Assembly: GCF_041146345.1 (NCBI RefSeq)
Contig: NW_027191408.1
Location: forward strand, 496,001 to 560,000
Direction: 5' to 3'
DNA: 64,000 nt
Source: Neodothiora populina
Taxonomy: Eukaryota
The notes under the pieces are model-generated. The model made no database searches. It was not told the origin of the DNA and was given only the letters and a program-made list of their open reading frames with translations. Below are positions 23,219 through 37,100 of the stretch, in pieces. Positions within the stretch are counted from its first letter, which is position 1. Each line of letters starts with the position of its first letter. The translations under genes were made by a program, and so were the position numbers.

Positions 23219-24940
23219 ATGCCTCTCGCCTCTCTTGCTCTGCGTCCTGGCCAGTCCCTCGACTTCATGCGTATGTATTGAGGAATCGACATCATCCCCC
23301 CTTGACATACTAACGTCCCAGCAGAGCTGGGCGCCTCTATCCAGGAAATATGCACCGAGTTGAGACAGCAGTCACGCACCTACCGAAAGCTGGACCTCTC
23401 CTTCTCCGCCGACAACCCCTTGGACAGTCCGGTCGTCGTCGATCTCCCTGACAACGGCATTCGATTGCGCTTTGATGGCCCAGACCAGCGCCTGCGTCTT
23501 ATAGAAGTCTTGGACTTCCATCGCTCCAACCTCACCTATAAGAACGAAGGTCTGATCCCAAACCTGGAGACTGCTCTTCACAGCCCAAATCGAGCCAGGA
23601 GCACTTTGATGTACCGGCGTGTCTACCAGCTCTTTGGTCCCTCCTACCCAGGCGACTTCCTACCCTCCAGCGACAAGTCGGGCCTTGGTACTTATGTGCT
23701 GTCTTACCCGGGCATCGCCTTTTCCTTTCCTCTCCAGACTCTGGCCTGGTCACCCAAGGTCGATCATGCCACCATGCTCTCCAATTCCGCTGCACCTGTG
23801 ACATCGTTGGCTATCTTCGAGGGCAACTCCTGGCGTGAAGGTCGAAAGGATCTCTTCACACGCAAGCCTGCCAATCCTCGGTCTTCGAGTCTTGCTGCTG
23901 CCACTGACGAGATAGAACATGTCAATATCCATGGCGCCGGCAGCGTCGAAATGCAACGACGGTCGGGTTCACGATTCTGGCTTATACTCGGTCAAACCAC
24001 TCCACAAGACCTCGTGACTGAGCTTGGTCCCCCAGACTCGATATTCAAACGTCCCGCGCACGGCGAATCACCTCCCCAGAAAGCAGCCGATGCCATGTCC
24101 AGGGGCAGAGGAAGACGCTCTTCGGCAATGAGAGTGCCCAGCTCCTACGGCTCTGCGCGATCGTCTAGGTCGACTCCGTCCAGCCTTTCCTCTAATAACA
24201 CGGATACCTACGCGACCACCGATTTCGAGGACGATGATGACAGTGATACTATACATGGCGGAGAGACAGAAGGCGGCATACAAGAACATTACTATTGTTA
24301 TTTCTCACATGGCTTCGACATCCTGCTTGGCTCTCCTGCCACTGTGTCTCCCTTGCCAGGACAGGCATCAGCTCTTCCAGAGCAACAAGTCTTGACGAGT
24401 TCCGAATCACACAAGGTAGCGACGAGGATAGTCTTGCACGGCAACATACCAGGGAGTTATCCTTTCAATCGGCATCGACGGTCACGCTGGTCGCTGATTC
24501 GTGATGTCTATCCAGCCTCCAGCGACGGCGCCGAGATTGGCTCGGAGAGTAGATTTCCCTGGTTTCACAAGCAACTTGTTGGGGCATTCCAGGACGTATG
24601 GCCCGAGAAGGACATGTCTCAAGGCATGGTAATAGTGCGCAATTGGACCGGACGAGATGATGACAGCGATAGTCCATCCAACTCCGCCATCTGGATTGGC
24701 GGGCAGATGGACGACATCTCGAGCGGGCATTCGAGTGGCAATTCGCATGGTTTGGACTTTGATGGCTTGGATGACTTGGATGATGAGGAGTGGGATGCGG
24801 TGGAACCGATCGGGGACGCACCGCCTAAGAAGCGAGGTGGCGAGGATCGCTGGCTGCGGAACACCAAGCTCTACAAGTTCCCGGGACTCATGTTTGAAGT
24901 CATGGAGAACGGGGCCATCAGCGCCTTGACCGTCTATTGA
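23219..24940 (+). CDS. UPF0183 / PHAF1 (phagophore assembly factor 1)-like protein; intron 23271-23324 (tandem CAGCAG acceptor)
   Basis: Spliced start MPLASLALRPGQSLDFMQLGAS. Motifs NGIRLRFDGPDQRLRLIEVLDF, FGPSYPG, YVLSYPGIAFSF, TTPQDLVTELGPP, GNIPGSYPFNRHRR, FPGLMFEVMENG. Confidence 0.88.
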
Positions 24941-25758
24941 GATGCGGGCACGTTCGGTCAGCGTTGGTTTTAGCTCTGGCTCAGCTGGTGGGCAAGACAG
25001 CAACGAGTGTGTGGTTCAGGGTGTTTCGTTGTGGTGACTCTGCGATACCCGGACTATGCAGACTACGTTAGCAATGGCATTTTCACTCACTGGGTACCGA
25101 GAGGTCGTGATTGTGTATTGATGGTTCGCAATGGTCAAGTGATTGTGCCAGGTAATCGCAATTTTATTCGGCTGAATGGCTTTGATGGAAAGGTTGCGCG
25201 GCACGTCTAATGAGAGGACCAGACACAAACCCGACTCAACAAAAAAAGGACCCTCAGAAGCCTGGAAAACCATCAGGATAATCACACACTTCAAAAGAAT
25301 AGTCCTGCTTAGTATGGGTCATAGAGCCAGTGCTTCTGCACCTCCAAACAATCATCCCGAAACCGAGCATCATGTCGAGAATATCGGAAGCGGTCGAACA
25401 GGGTTGCCCTCTGGACCAGATGCGCCAAGGACAAGGGTTTTGCGGAGAGTGGGTGGTTTGACTTTTGTGGGGAGCAGGGCAGGCGCAGCAGCAGTTGCAG
25501 CAGGAGCGTTATTTGGCCAGCGTGTGAGAGGTAGGTAAGGTGAGGTTCCCTTCCCAAGCAGTACACACAGGTCGCTTACTACTGCCCGCGCACGTACTTG
25601 CACTCATTTGCTCTTCTTGTCTTTTGTTACATTTGCTTTTTACATCCTTCTCCTGGTCGTTTGTGGGAAGACAAAAAGTGCTATTGCCATTACCTTGTGC
25701 CTGCCAACGTCAATCAACTTGTTGAACTTGGGATCAATAGACCCTTTATTCCACCAAG

Positions 25759-27410
25759 ATGCCTAGTCTGAGATCGATACTCTACTATGGCTACCACCTG
25801 GGAGAGTCTCGCGCCATGCTGCAGTGGAAGCTGTGGCACGACGCCGTGCACGAGCGCGACGAGTCGAAAGAGTCGCCAGAGTTGAAGGAGTGCTTCAAGT
25901 ATCTCAAGATGACCAGTCGCAGTTTCGCCGCTGTCATCCAAGAGTTGCACCCTGAGTTGCTGGTGCCAGTGTGCTTGTTCTATCTGATCCTGCGCGGACT
26001 GGACACCATCGAGGACGACATGACCATTCCAATTGAGGAGAAGGAGCCCCTGCTGCGCAACTTCCAGGACGCCATCTACCAGCCAGGATGGAACTACAAT
26101 GGAAACGGGCCCAACGAGAAGGACCGCGAGCTCTGCGTGCACTTTGATGTTGTCGTCGCCGAGTTCCTGAAGATCAAGGAGCCTTATCAGGTCATCATCG
26201 CAGACATCACCAAGAGAATGGGCAACGGCATGGCAGATTACGCGAAGAAGACGGTGGACGGCCAATTCCGAGTGGAGACGGTCGATCAGTACTACGAGTA
26301 CTGCCACTACGTTGCCGGTCTTGTTGGCGAGGGTCTGACCCGTCTGTTTGTCGAGGCCGACCTCGCCAACCCTGCTCTTCTGGAACGTACCGACCTGCAC
26401 GAGTCCATGGGCCAATTCCTCCAGCAGACAAACATCATCCGTGACATTCGCGAGGACCACGACGACAAGCGTTACTTCTGGCCCCGCGAGATCTGGGCCA
26501 AGCATGTCGACAAGTTCGAGGACCTTTTCCTCCCTGAGAACAAAGAGAAGGCATTGGCTTGCAGCTCTGAGATGGTCCTTCTCGCTCTCCGTCGTGCTGA
26601 CGACTGCCTTTTTTACCTCGCGGGAATCCGTGAACAGAGTGTCTTCAACTTCTGCGCCATACCGCAAAGCATGGCCATTGCCACGTTGGAGTTGTGCTTC
26701 AACAACCCGGCCATCTTCGAGAAGAATGTCAAGATCACCAAGGGTACTGCCTGCAAATTGATGACCGAGAGCACTCAGAACCTGCAGGTGGTGTGCGGTG
26801 TCTTCAAGAAATACGCCAGGATAATCCACAAGCGCAACAACCCCCGGGACCCCAACTTCCTTGCCATCAGCGTCGCATGCGGAAAGGTACCTTGTTTCTC
26901 CGTCGAGTCATCGAGCATCTACTGACGCCATCTGACCATTAGATTGAAAAGTTCATCGAGGGCATCTTCCCTTCACAGACGGCACGGACATACAAGCTCG
27001 GTCAGGCAACGTCTGATCTCGGCACAGACCCCGAGAAGCCCATCATGAGTGCCTCCGAAATCGAAGCAAAGAAGAAGATCGATGCGGAGAACAAGGAGGA
27101 AGTGTACTACATCATGGTCGCCGTCTTCATCACTCTAGCATTCGTCACAGTCTCCATGGTACGTTCGAGTCTTTCGTTTTCATCTACAAGGCATATGCAT
27201 CTGCACAAAGTGCTAACGAAAGTTCAGTTCTTCCTGGCCTGGCTCTTTGGCGCTCGCTTCGACATTGCATGGCAACAGCTTCGTTCAGGCCAGATCTGGG
27301 CACCTGAAAACAAGGAGGCAGCTCAAGCTGCCGTCAGTTCCTTCGATGCTGCTCGCGCGTCCGCCACCTCTGTCATTGGCGGCGTTGGTCACGGGCACGG
27401 GGAGCTTTAA
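25759..27410 (+). CDS. ERG9: Squalene synthase; introns 26887-26942 and 27159-27227
   Basis: [52 protein letters not shown]-terminal TM anchor. Confidence 0.97.
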
Positions 27411-28108
27411 GAGGGGAATGATTCACGGTGTGCTTCTGATGATGACCGACAAGAGTGTCACGATCAGGAGAGCAAAAAAAAAAAGCCTGTATAAGAACAG
27501 AGTGTCATGGTCGAGAGAGCTGAAGAGTCTGCTCCTCTGCGGACATGAAAGAAAGACAAAACATCAAGGAAAGGCGAGGTTTGTTACTTGATATATATGA
27601 TATCCTTCTGTAATTACTTATGTATAGTTCCGGGGGCACTAGTACGGAGTGTTATGATTACTATATGATCGAACATGAATCTGGAGCTCTTGTGCTGCTT
27701 CTACTTGTGTAGAGGGTGTGTTGTTTCGGACCAGAAATCGCTGCTACCCTCGGTGATTGCTGGACCTTGCAAATTTGTTGCGCGAACGCTATACCACTGC
27801 ACTATGCTGTACCCCATACCTTCTTACTCCTTTTAATACCATCGTGTTTCTACAACACCCTCTACCATACTACTCCGTGTTTTTATGCTACAGTGTTTCT
27901 ACCCCGCACGTCAAACAAAGCAAACATCAATGCTATGCTCGTCTCCCCATAGAATTTTGATGGTACAACAACAAACACATTAGAGATCCACGTATGCCTG
28001 TTGTACAGTGAGACACAAGCAGCTGTTGTATACTCAGAACGCACTCAACTCTCACATCGTACGGCCATTTAGACTTGAAAGGAAACAGAGAAAGAAAAGA
28101 AAAGAAAC

Positions 28109-29097
28109 ATGGACGCTCTCGAGTCAAACCTCCAGTCAATCCTGACACCTGTGACCCAGAACCTGCCCAAACCAATCCGCGACCTGGGCATTTCTCTGCT
28201 GGGAAACCACTGCTACAAGACTCTCATCTACGACGTGCAGATCAGCGACTCATCGTGTCTCAAGCTGGCGATCAGCAAAGGTCTCGGCATCGGCATCATC
28301 GGCGCCAGCGCCACAGTCAAGATCCCTCAGCTGCTCAAGCTCATCAACTCGCAGTCCGCCGCCGGCATCTCCTTCCTGTCGTACTTGCTCGAGACGGCCA
28401 GTTATCTCGTGTCTCTGGCCTACAATGCGCGCCAGGGCTTCCCCTTCAGCACGTACGGAGAGACCGCCTTGATCGCGGTGCAGAACGTCGCCATCGCCGT
28501 CCTCGTGCTGCAGTACTCGGGCAAGGGACCCATGGCAGCTGTTTACATCGCCGGTCTGGCCGCGGCAGGGTATGCCTTGTTCAGCGCCAATGTCATTGAC
28601 ATGCAGACGCTGGGCTACTTGCAGGCCGGAGCTGGCGCCGTGGGCGTTGCTTCCAAACTGCCTCAGATCCTCACGATTTGGTCCGAGGGCGGAACGGGAC
28701 AGTTGAGCGCTTTCGCCGTAAGTTTTTTTTCCCTTCCCTACAACTATAGCCTTCTTGTCTACCCTTATATTCATGCATGAAATACTGACGTAACCCCGCC
28801 ATCAAGGTCTTCAACTACCTCGTCGGCTCCCTGACGCGCATCTTCACCACCCTGCAAGAAGTAGACGACAAACTGATCCTCTACGGCTTCATCTCAGGCT
28901 TCATCCTGAACGCCGTCCTGGCCACCCAAATGATCTATCACTGGAACAGCCCTGCCTCTTCTGCTTCGGCGAGCAAACCAAAGAAGCTCACGGGTAAGAA
29001 ACACCCGGGCCATACTGTTGTCGCCAGTCCCGCTGCTGCCAGGAGCAGTGGTGCCGAGGGCAAGGGTAAGAGCCCGAGTACGCGCAGAAGAGGTTAG
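28109..29097 (+). CDS. MPDU1: Mannose-P-dolichol utilization defect 1 (PQ-loop) protein; intron 28718-28806
   Basis: CLKLAISKGLG, two PQ motifs (KIPQ, KLPQ), GFPFSTYGE, TGQLSAFAVFNYL.GSL.RIFTTLQEVDD. Confidence 0.92.
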
Positions 29098-29960
29098 ATC
29101 GAAAAGAAAAGAAAAGAAAAGAAAAGAAAAGCAAGTCAAGTCAAGCGGGACTGGAGCCAGAAGGCATAGCTGTCACAGCCAGCAAGCGCCCTCGTCTTGA
29201 AGCAGACCGGTCTGTTCGCCGTCTATCCCAGCCATCTATTTCGTCTGTCTAGAAAAAAACCCAAAAAGTAAAGGAGGGAAGAAAGTAGGAGGAAGATACT
29301 ACCTCATTTGTCTCCTCTCTTTGATATCTCGCATTTTTCTCATGGTTTTGCTTGCTGTTTTCTTGTACTTTGAACTTGTGTCTTCTCGCGCGTCTATGGT
29401 TGATTTCGGGGCTTTTTTTTTGGTCGTCTTCCATCTCCAAGTGCTCCTCATCCTCCTTTCTCTTCGTCTTTGCTCTTCGTTGCCTCACTCGTCTATTACA
29501 TCTTTCTAGGCCCGGCTCTGTTTACCGCCTGCCTGCCTGCCTGTCTTGCATCGAAAGCAGTATTTGCTCCGCGATCTCGTACGGTAAGTCCACCTTATCT
29601 CCATCCTCCTGCTGAAAAACATTGCTCGTCACCTACAATGTCTCGAGGATATCACAGACACAGCAACACAAATTGCCCACTAAACTCACGGACTTCAAGT
29701 GGTGCTTGATGTGAAGAAAAACCAAGGAAACACATATCCCGAGACTCTGGCAGTTTGTTTGCAACGGAGAAAAAGTTTACTTTTCCTCCCCCTTATGCAT
29801 CATGGAAAAACGTATATACATGTTTCTAAAGGACTACCTTGAGAGATAAAGAAAAAGGCATTAAGCATATCTATTTCATTTTCCCGTTCCACGATACCGC
29901 CCTTTTCAACTCTCTCCCAGCGAAGGAGAAAGAGGAGTATCCGAAGACAGAAAAAGAAAC

Positions 29961-31236
29961 CTAAGCCCATTTACCCAGCACAGCCATGAGACCAGCACCA
30001 GCGCACATGGTGACAAACGCCGCCATGACAGTCTTGATGCTGGCGCGCTGCATGTAATTGGAGAACATGAACTCGTGCGCCATGAGCTCGACCAGACCGG
30101 TATAAATCAAGATGCCGGCGCTGACGCTGTCGAAGACGCCGTTGACGATCAGCGTCGTCTGGCTGCCCGGCGGGTATGATTGGCGCACGCCAAGGCCGAT
30201 GGCGATGGCGATGGGCGTGCTGATTCCGTAGCCGATCGCGAGGAAGTAAGGCGTCCATTTCTTAGATTTCGGCCATGGTACCGATGCGAGACGGGATCCC
30301 AGACCGAGTCCTTCGAAGGTCTGGTGGAACACGAGGACGACGTACAGAGTCGGGAACTCGGAGCCTGCGACGGCCAGGGTGAGGCCGACAAAGACGGAGT
30401 GGAAGATGACGCCGAACTCCAGGATGAAAATCGCAGTCAATTGCGCGCTGTACGACTCCGGGGAAATGTGCCCGTGACCCTGGTGCTCCTCGCCTTGCTG
30501 GTTCTCCCAGTCTGAGTCCACATCCTCGGCGTCGACGTGCTTTCTGGAGTGGCTCAAATGGTCGTCACCCATTACATGAGGATTCGTCGGGCAAGACGGA
30601 GAAGCAGTCGGGTTCATTTCGTACTCTGGCTGTGCCACAGCGGCTTCCTCATCCGTGTGCTTTTCACCGTGGGCGTGAGCAGCAGGCTTACTGATCTCTG
30701 CTTCTCCTCCCTCACTCTCGACATCGTCGCCGTGACTGTGGCCGAACTTTGCATAGCGCATGACCATCAGCTCGACGAAGAACAACGAAAACACAGTCAT
30801 GAGAGCGATGCCCTCGACCCATGAGTACTCTGTGATCGGACCAGTCAAGCACGGATTCGTCAGAGCCTCATTCGCCGGTGCCAGAAGATGGATGAACGCT
30901 GTGGCGATGATCACACCCGAGCCAAAGAACTTTGCAATAAAGAAAGCCCATTCCGGCACTCCGAGTCCTCGGTGTCGGCCAGCAAAGATTGGGAACCAAG
31001 CGCCTGAAACATCCATGTTAGTTTGTTATATTCTCATCGGGACTCAATCTGGTCTTACCGAGTGATGATCCGACTAAGATGACAAAGACGGCCGAAATTC
31101 GCACTCCCATGCGTCCATCGTATTCGTTACTGGTATCACAATGTCCAGGAGTACCTATGAGATCGTCCTCTGTGTTGGTCTCCTCAGTAGCTTGCCGTAC
31201 CACATGGTAAGCCAATTGTGTCGCGAGGTCGGCCAT
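29961..31236 (-). CDS. ZIP-family zinc transporter (Zrt2/ZrfB-like); intron 31004-31058
   Basis: KFFGSGVIIATAFIHLL, His-rich loop, LEFGVIFHSVFVGLTL, FHQTFEGLGLG, MAVLGKWA end. Confidence 0.95.
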
Positions 31237-31536
31237 TCCGGGTAGGGCTCCGGGGAACGGAGACTCGAGCTACAACTGAGGAATGGAGCTTCTTTTGTCC
31301 TTTTTGGCTGCCTTATGGAAACCTGGGCTTGGCGGGCGCCTTGTCGCTGTTGGAACAAAGATCAATTGGAACTAAATTACCTGGAAAAAGTGAAGCGAGG
31401 TGTTATTTGGACAGGCTGGTATGGTTTATTAATGTACAGCAGCCGGGCGGGTAAGATGTCAATTGCGTAAAGAGCGATGGGGGCCAGAGGGAAATGTGGG
31501 CGCATCAGCGGTGACGAAAAACCAAGTCAAGAAAAC

Positions 31537-32887
31537 ACCTTGATGGTCTCCCAGTCCGATCGTATTCCGGCCTTCAATGCCCCGTATAGATAGCGGCAGT
31601 CCCGTAGCTGTCCGGCTACCGGTTCGGCCCAAAGCAGTAAAGCGCGCATCTCGTGATACTTACTTTGTCGACAGTGCAGAGAGAGGTCAGCTAACACTGC
31701 AATGGTGTTCGCCTTTTGCTACTAATATCACACAAACCAACTCGGTCGACACCTAGTCTCAAGGAAGCCAGGTAATGCGAAGGTTGCATCTATGCATCAA
31801 ATTAAGAAAAAAAAGCCAGATCTTCGGCGCGCACATGCACCGCATGGCGAGTCCTCGCAGATCTGCTTAAACCAATGACAGCGTGTCGATTAGCCATACA
31901 AGTGGCTGTCTATAGTCTCGAATGTCTCTCGACATCATTATATTTTTGGGGGTAGGCCGCAGTAGTGCAGGTATGGTGTGCAGGAAGCACCATCAAGGTC
32001 ATTCTTGGCACGCCTACTAGTTCGGTCTTTGACCCAAAGGCGTCATCTGATTCGCTGGCTCGATAAACATCACTCTGCTTCTGTCCACCTGCTCGTGCGG
32101 TAAACGAACTGTGCCTATACAAATAGAGCTGAAGGTTATTCTTCCCTCCACGGATTTTTGAATATAGAGTTGACATAGAGATTTGCCCCTGCCATTTGTA
32201 GTGGAGAGGCAGATATTGAGTTTTCCCGTGGCCATACAGGCAGTCATCGCTCATCGCAGAGTGATTGACTATACCAATCTGAGCCTTGTGTTGATCAAGA
32301 ACCACACAACAACAATACAGCAGATGAGAGTGTCAAGACCCTGACCACTCAGCTTATCCATATTCTGCAGACTTCGAATTCGAGAAAAAAGAAAGGAGAC
32401 ATCCGCAGTAGAGTCAATTCAAGTAAATCCAACTCAAACTTTGCAACCACCGAAACCTCGCGCCAAAACAATTCGATGCATCGCTGTACGGGACACAAAC
32501 CAGTCGTTTACCATCTATACAGCATCTCCCGCGGGGCACATTTCCTTTCTCATCGAAGGATCGTGTTTCAGTGACACACACCTTGATGGGGGGCGTCTCT
32601 TTCATACACTAAAGTATTCCCTGTGATGGTTGTATTACACCTGCGATCCACACTATAGCTCCATATACCCATCTCTTCTCAGCGATTGCTGACCCTCGAT
32701 AACGCCTCCAACAAACTCTCTTCCTAAGAAAAACCACAGGCCAAACAAAGACCGTTAGCGAACGAGGATTAGAACCAGAGACAGGGACTGTTCGTGGCGC
32801 ATTTTCCCCTTCTACGCCCGAGCCTATTTCTTTTCTTCAGCGTCGAGTACTGCACACGATGTCGTCAGCTAAAAAAACACCTTGATG
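31537..32887. promoter_or_regulatory. Four CATCAAGGT (ZafA-type zinc-response) sites upstream of the ZIP gene
   Basis: Identical 9-mer at 31537-31545(-), 31991-31999(+), 32580-32588(-), 32879-32887(-). CAAGGT is the Aspergillus ZafA core. Confidence 0.8.
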
Positions 32888-33716
32888 TTTTGTCTCCAAT
32901 AAAACACTCGGTCCTGTCCCTGTCTTTCGAGATCCACTAGAATCAGAACAAAAAGGACCTAATAATCCACAATCCTTCGACTATACGAATCCACAATTGA
33001 AATTTGCAATTACCGTAGCGAGCGTTACTGGGGTCAGCATCGCCGCGATTGGGAAACGAAGAGGATAGGTCCGGTCCGCGGTCACTTGGGAAGAGGTATC
33101 GTAGCGATCATTTGACCACTTTTAGGGGCGGATACAGGAGACGGATCTGAAGCTGTTGGTTCAATAGGGGCGGGTGGGTCTGCGTAAAGGATCGGGTTGG
33201 TCTGATGGGAGTGTTGGGGAAAAGAATCACCCGGGTTGCGAATCTGATTCAGCACCAGCACCAGGACCGGATCACCTGTTCGCCTCGACGGATAAGAAAT
33301 CCGTGTCCTCAAGGAAGCCAAAGGTACTCATGTATCCCGGTGTAAGTATGTATGAAGTCAAGTCTCGATGACAGTGCTAGATAAGCAAAACAGGCGTGAC
33401 AGTCTCCATTCGATGGACGATGGCATTCAGACTTCGTGTCTGCTCTCTCTTCCATCGCTCCTTGTTCTCCTTCTATAGCCCATTACTGAAGCCTTGACGA
33501 AGGCCTCAGCAAGAAGTTCTGAGCCCTTCTCCTCCACGGTACTTTACGCAAGAATGATCTGAAGCAGAAGAAGAACGTGATCTTACTGGCTTGTAAACAA
33601 TCAAACAACCATAATTAGCTAAGTCCTTCCACCTCTGCTTCTTTCTGCTTTGATCCTTCGTCACGCTTCGAACAGAGAGAATGGTCAGCACTAGACCGTG
33701 AGCGATTCTTTATTCT

Positions 33717-33718
<2 letters not shown>

Positions 33719-33751
<33 letters not shown>
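33719..33751. repeat. (CT)n microsatellite
   Basis: About 16 units directly visible. Confidence 0.95.
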
Positions 33752-33753
<2 letters not shown>

Positions 33754-34127
33754 CCCCAGAAAGCGTGTTCAACAGATCGGACAATCCTAGAAAGCAAAGT
33801 ATCTTCCAAACATACGTATATCCATGTTTCGCTCGAATGTTTTACAGTCAGGCCTGATGAAGAAGAAGAAGCAAAAGACCAAGCATATCGCTGCAATATG
33901 GTATGCAAGCATACAGCGGCGAAAAAAGGAATTGTTTCTTTGGTAGAAAGATAATCAATAGCAAATAGGTATCGAACGAAACAAAAAAAAAGAAACTAGC
34001 GCCTTTGATCCATCCAACAGAAACGCCCATAGTGAAAAGAATAGACCTATGCAGAACGAACAGACAGACCCATCGACCAAGCCTGTATGCGTCTATGAAC
34101 AATGCAAGATCAGTGTTGGCAAGAATA

Positions 34128-37100
34128 TCAGCTTTTGCGTCCCGTAGCGATCAGTCTGACTCGCAACTCCCTGACCGCGCCCTCCCAGCCGTCTCCGCGC
34201 TCCCCACAGCGACGAGCAAGGAAGCCCTGCATGTTATGTTCGTTGTACTGCTCTCCGTACACGACTTTGCCCTGGACGCCGATATGCGTGCCGACTTCGA
34301 AGCCGCCGTCGTCGAACGTGACGATCGCGGCCGAGACCTCGAAGCTCAGTCGCACTTTGGTCTGCACTTTGGGCAGAAGCACGTCGACTTGGACGCCGAG
34401 TCTTTCATCGGAAAGAATCGCGACTGAGACGGGGTGTTCGACGCGTAGACGGCGAATCGCGTCGGTGATCTTGTTGGTAACGTCCCAGCCTGTACTCACA
34501 AAGTGTAGCAGGGCTTTGATGCTCGTGCTGCGTTGCTCGAGGCATTGGAGCTGTGCGCGCATGAGTTGCAGGAAGAAGCGTGTTTCGGTGGGCAGAGCTG
34601 CTGTGTCGCTGCCGCCAACATAGGTCAGAGAGATTGGTTGGTTCTCTAGCTTGTATGGTTGCTTGTTAGAGCCTGGGATCAAGAAGGCCCCGGAGTCAAA
34701 GTAAAGAGCGATGGTTGAGCGGTATGTCATGGTGAGGGTCGAAGAACTCGCCGACGTTATAAACCATCCTGAGGCGGCTTCTAATTTCGCTACTGATGCT
34801 GCACAAATTGTTAGTCTTCCAGGCGCCATGTGCAAGACGAGAACGAGAAAATTACCCTTCAAATCCGCGACCTCGTCGATCGTCCAGCCGCGGCAAGACT
34901 CCTTCACTCGTTCGGCTTCTCTGATCGCCGCCAAACACTCCGTTTGTCCATCAGTGTACCCCTCAATCAAGTCGTCCTGTTCTCTCAGTTGTTCCTGCAG
35001 AGTGGCAAGCATACGCTTACGCTCCTCAATGTCGTCTTTGAGGCTGACCAGGCGCTCTCTCGACGCGCCGAGCTCGACCTTGTCCTCTCGGGATGTCGCC
35101 GCTGCGGCGTCCTCCAGCTCGCCAGCCTCAGTGCTGAGCTTCTCGTGTTGTGCAAGCAGATTGGGAAGCAAGCTATCAAGGAGCTCGTTACGCTCGCTCA
35201 GAACGCGTTCGTCGTTTGTCAGGCCCGTCTTTATACCTTTCAGACCTTCCTCGAGTCCGTCAAGCAGCTTGCCACGCCAGTCGTACCAGATCTCCTTGCT
35301 TCCGAAACGAGCATTCGTTTTGATGCTGCGCATGTGGACGTCGAGCTCTGCTTTGCGCTGAGCATCTCCATTTACATAGGCAGATATAAGCGGCGGTGAT
35401 TCGGCGTAGACATCCTTTTCTAGCGTCTTCACGAATGACTTGCCCTCAGAGATGTAGCGTTTGAGTTCACGACAAGAATGCTGGAACAGATCAAGCATTG
35501 GCATGGTGCACGCGCCTGCGACTGCAGCACTCTCCAGCTCTATGTCGTCTCCGTGCTTTCCCTCATCCTCATTGCCAGATGCCTCTCTGCTCGGCGTAGG
35601 TGCAATAGTGAATCTACGCTTCGTTGGTAGAGCGAGGTCCATGAATTTGATGCCTGCCATATCCAGGAACTCGTTCAGCTTCACCTTTGGAGCTTCCTTG
35701 TTGGTGCTAGACACCGCGAAAAGCTCTCTAGCAACCTGCTGTCCGAGATCAGCCACTGCAGCCTGAGGCATGAGTTGCGGTGTCTTGGACTTGGGCGTAA
35801 GTCCCTTTCTAGGAGAGACTGCTCTCTTGACCGGAGACTTCATCGGAGTCATGCCTCTGAGACGTCTGAGCGGTGTCGTGCCAGTGTCTTTCCTGGGAGT
35901 GGACAACAATCTCATGGAGTTCGTGAATGTCCGCGAACGATCTGCCGATACACCCTGAGGGGTGAGGACAATGCTGTCTGGTTCAGGCGCTTGTTGCGGG
36001 GTCATCATCGCTGTTGCAGGGGATGCCGGAGCGACATCGAGGTTTGCAGCTGGGATTCTTGGTATACTCTGCATCGCCTGTGGTGAAGCAAGCTGCTGAG
36101 CGGGTGAGTTTCGAGATTGTTGAGGGGTCATCGAATTTGTGTCTGGTGACGATTGTTGAGCTACTGCTGCTTGTTGGGTGACTTGAGGCGCCGGCTCTGA
36201 GGGCGTTGCTGGCGTTTCGATGGGTGATCGTTCCAGCTGTTGTTGCACCACAGGCGATGCAGAACGAAGTACATCCATGTCCACCTCGGCAGGGCTTCCT
36301 AACGCAGCGCGCAGAGGAGATCCAGCTTCCGAAACTGTATGAGAATGGTGAGATACGGTGGATACTGCCTGGCCAGCATTTGGCAAAGTCGGATAGACGA
36401 TTTCTTCTGCATGGGCAACGAGGGTCTTCTGCTCGCTTGGAGGGGAGAAACTTTGTGTGAGTTCTTCAGCTGGCAATGTCGTGGGCGGCGCTTCAGGTGT
36501 CAATGAGGCGACGTCCGAAGCTGCAGTGTAGGTAGCTAATGGACTCTTACGTGAGTGCTCTGCCTTACCGGCGTCAGAGCTACGCAGAGCTGATGCTGGA
36601 CTCCTGGATGTAGCTTCGGAGATCGATGCAGCGAAAGAGTCCTCACGGTCAGGTGTCTTCGAAGCCAGACGCAGACTCTTGCGAGGCGACTGGTTGTTCT
36701 TCCGGTGTGAGGCAGGACTTTGACGGCCTTTGGCAGGGCTCTTGCGAGGCGATGCGGCACTCTTCCTCGCCGAGCTCGTCCTGGATCCAGCCGAGTCCTT
36801 GACGGCAGAACCGTGAAGTTGGTTCTCGAAAATTGGAGTAAGAAGCTTTTTGGCTGATTGGTCTTCCGCCTCGCGGAAGTGGCCATCACGGTTGGGGGTT
36901 GTTGGCACTTCGGTCTTTGCAGGGGAGAGCCCATCTTTCGGAGTCGTCGGCCTGCTTACTTCAGTCGCAAGATTCTGCACATTGATGCCACCAACAACCG
37001 CAGTAAAGTCCATAGACATGTTTTCATTGCCTTTTCCTGGGGTTTCTTGCTCAGTAGTCGAGGCGGCATCGGATCTGTGAATGCCTCCAATAGCCGTGGT

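Noticed and set aside
25714..26829. 371-aa antisense ORF over squalene synthase (similarly 13162-14265 over ADP1)
   Set aside because: Antisense shadow of a GC3-biased coding strand; no recognisable protein features.
25759..31236. ERG9-MPDU1-ZIP as a biosynthetic gene cluster
   Set aside because: All are housekeeping-type genes; no tailoring enzymes or cluster regulator nearby.
36745..36775. ARKSA motif in Spc7 as an H3 mimic
   Set aside because: Lies in a low-complexity run of SPRKS/RKSP kinase-like sites; chance or Aurora/CDK sites are more parsimonious.
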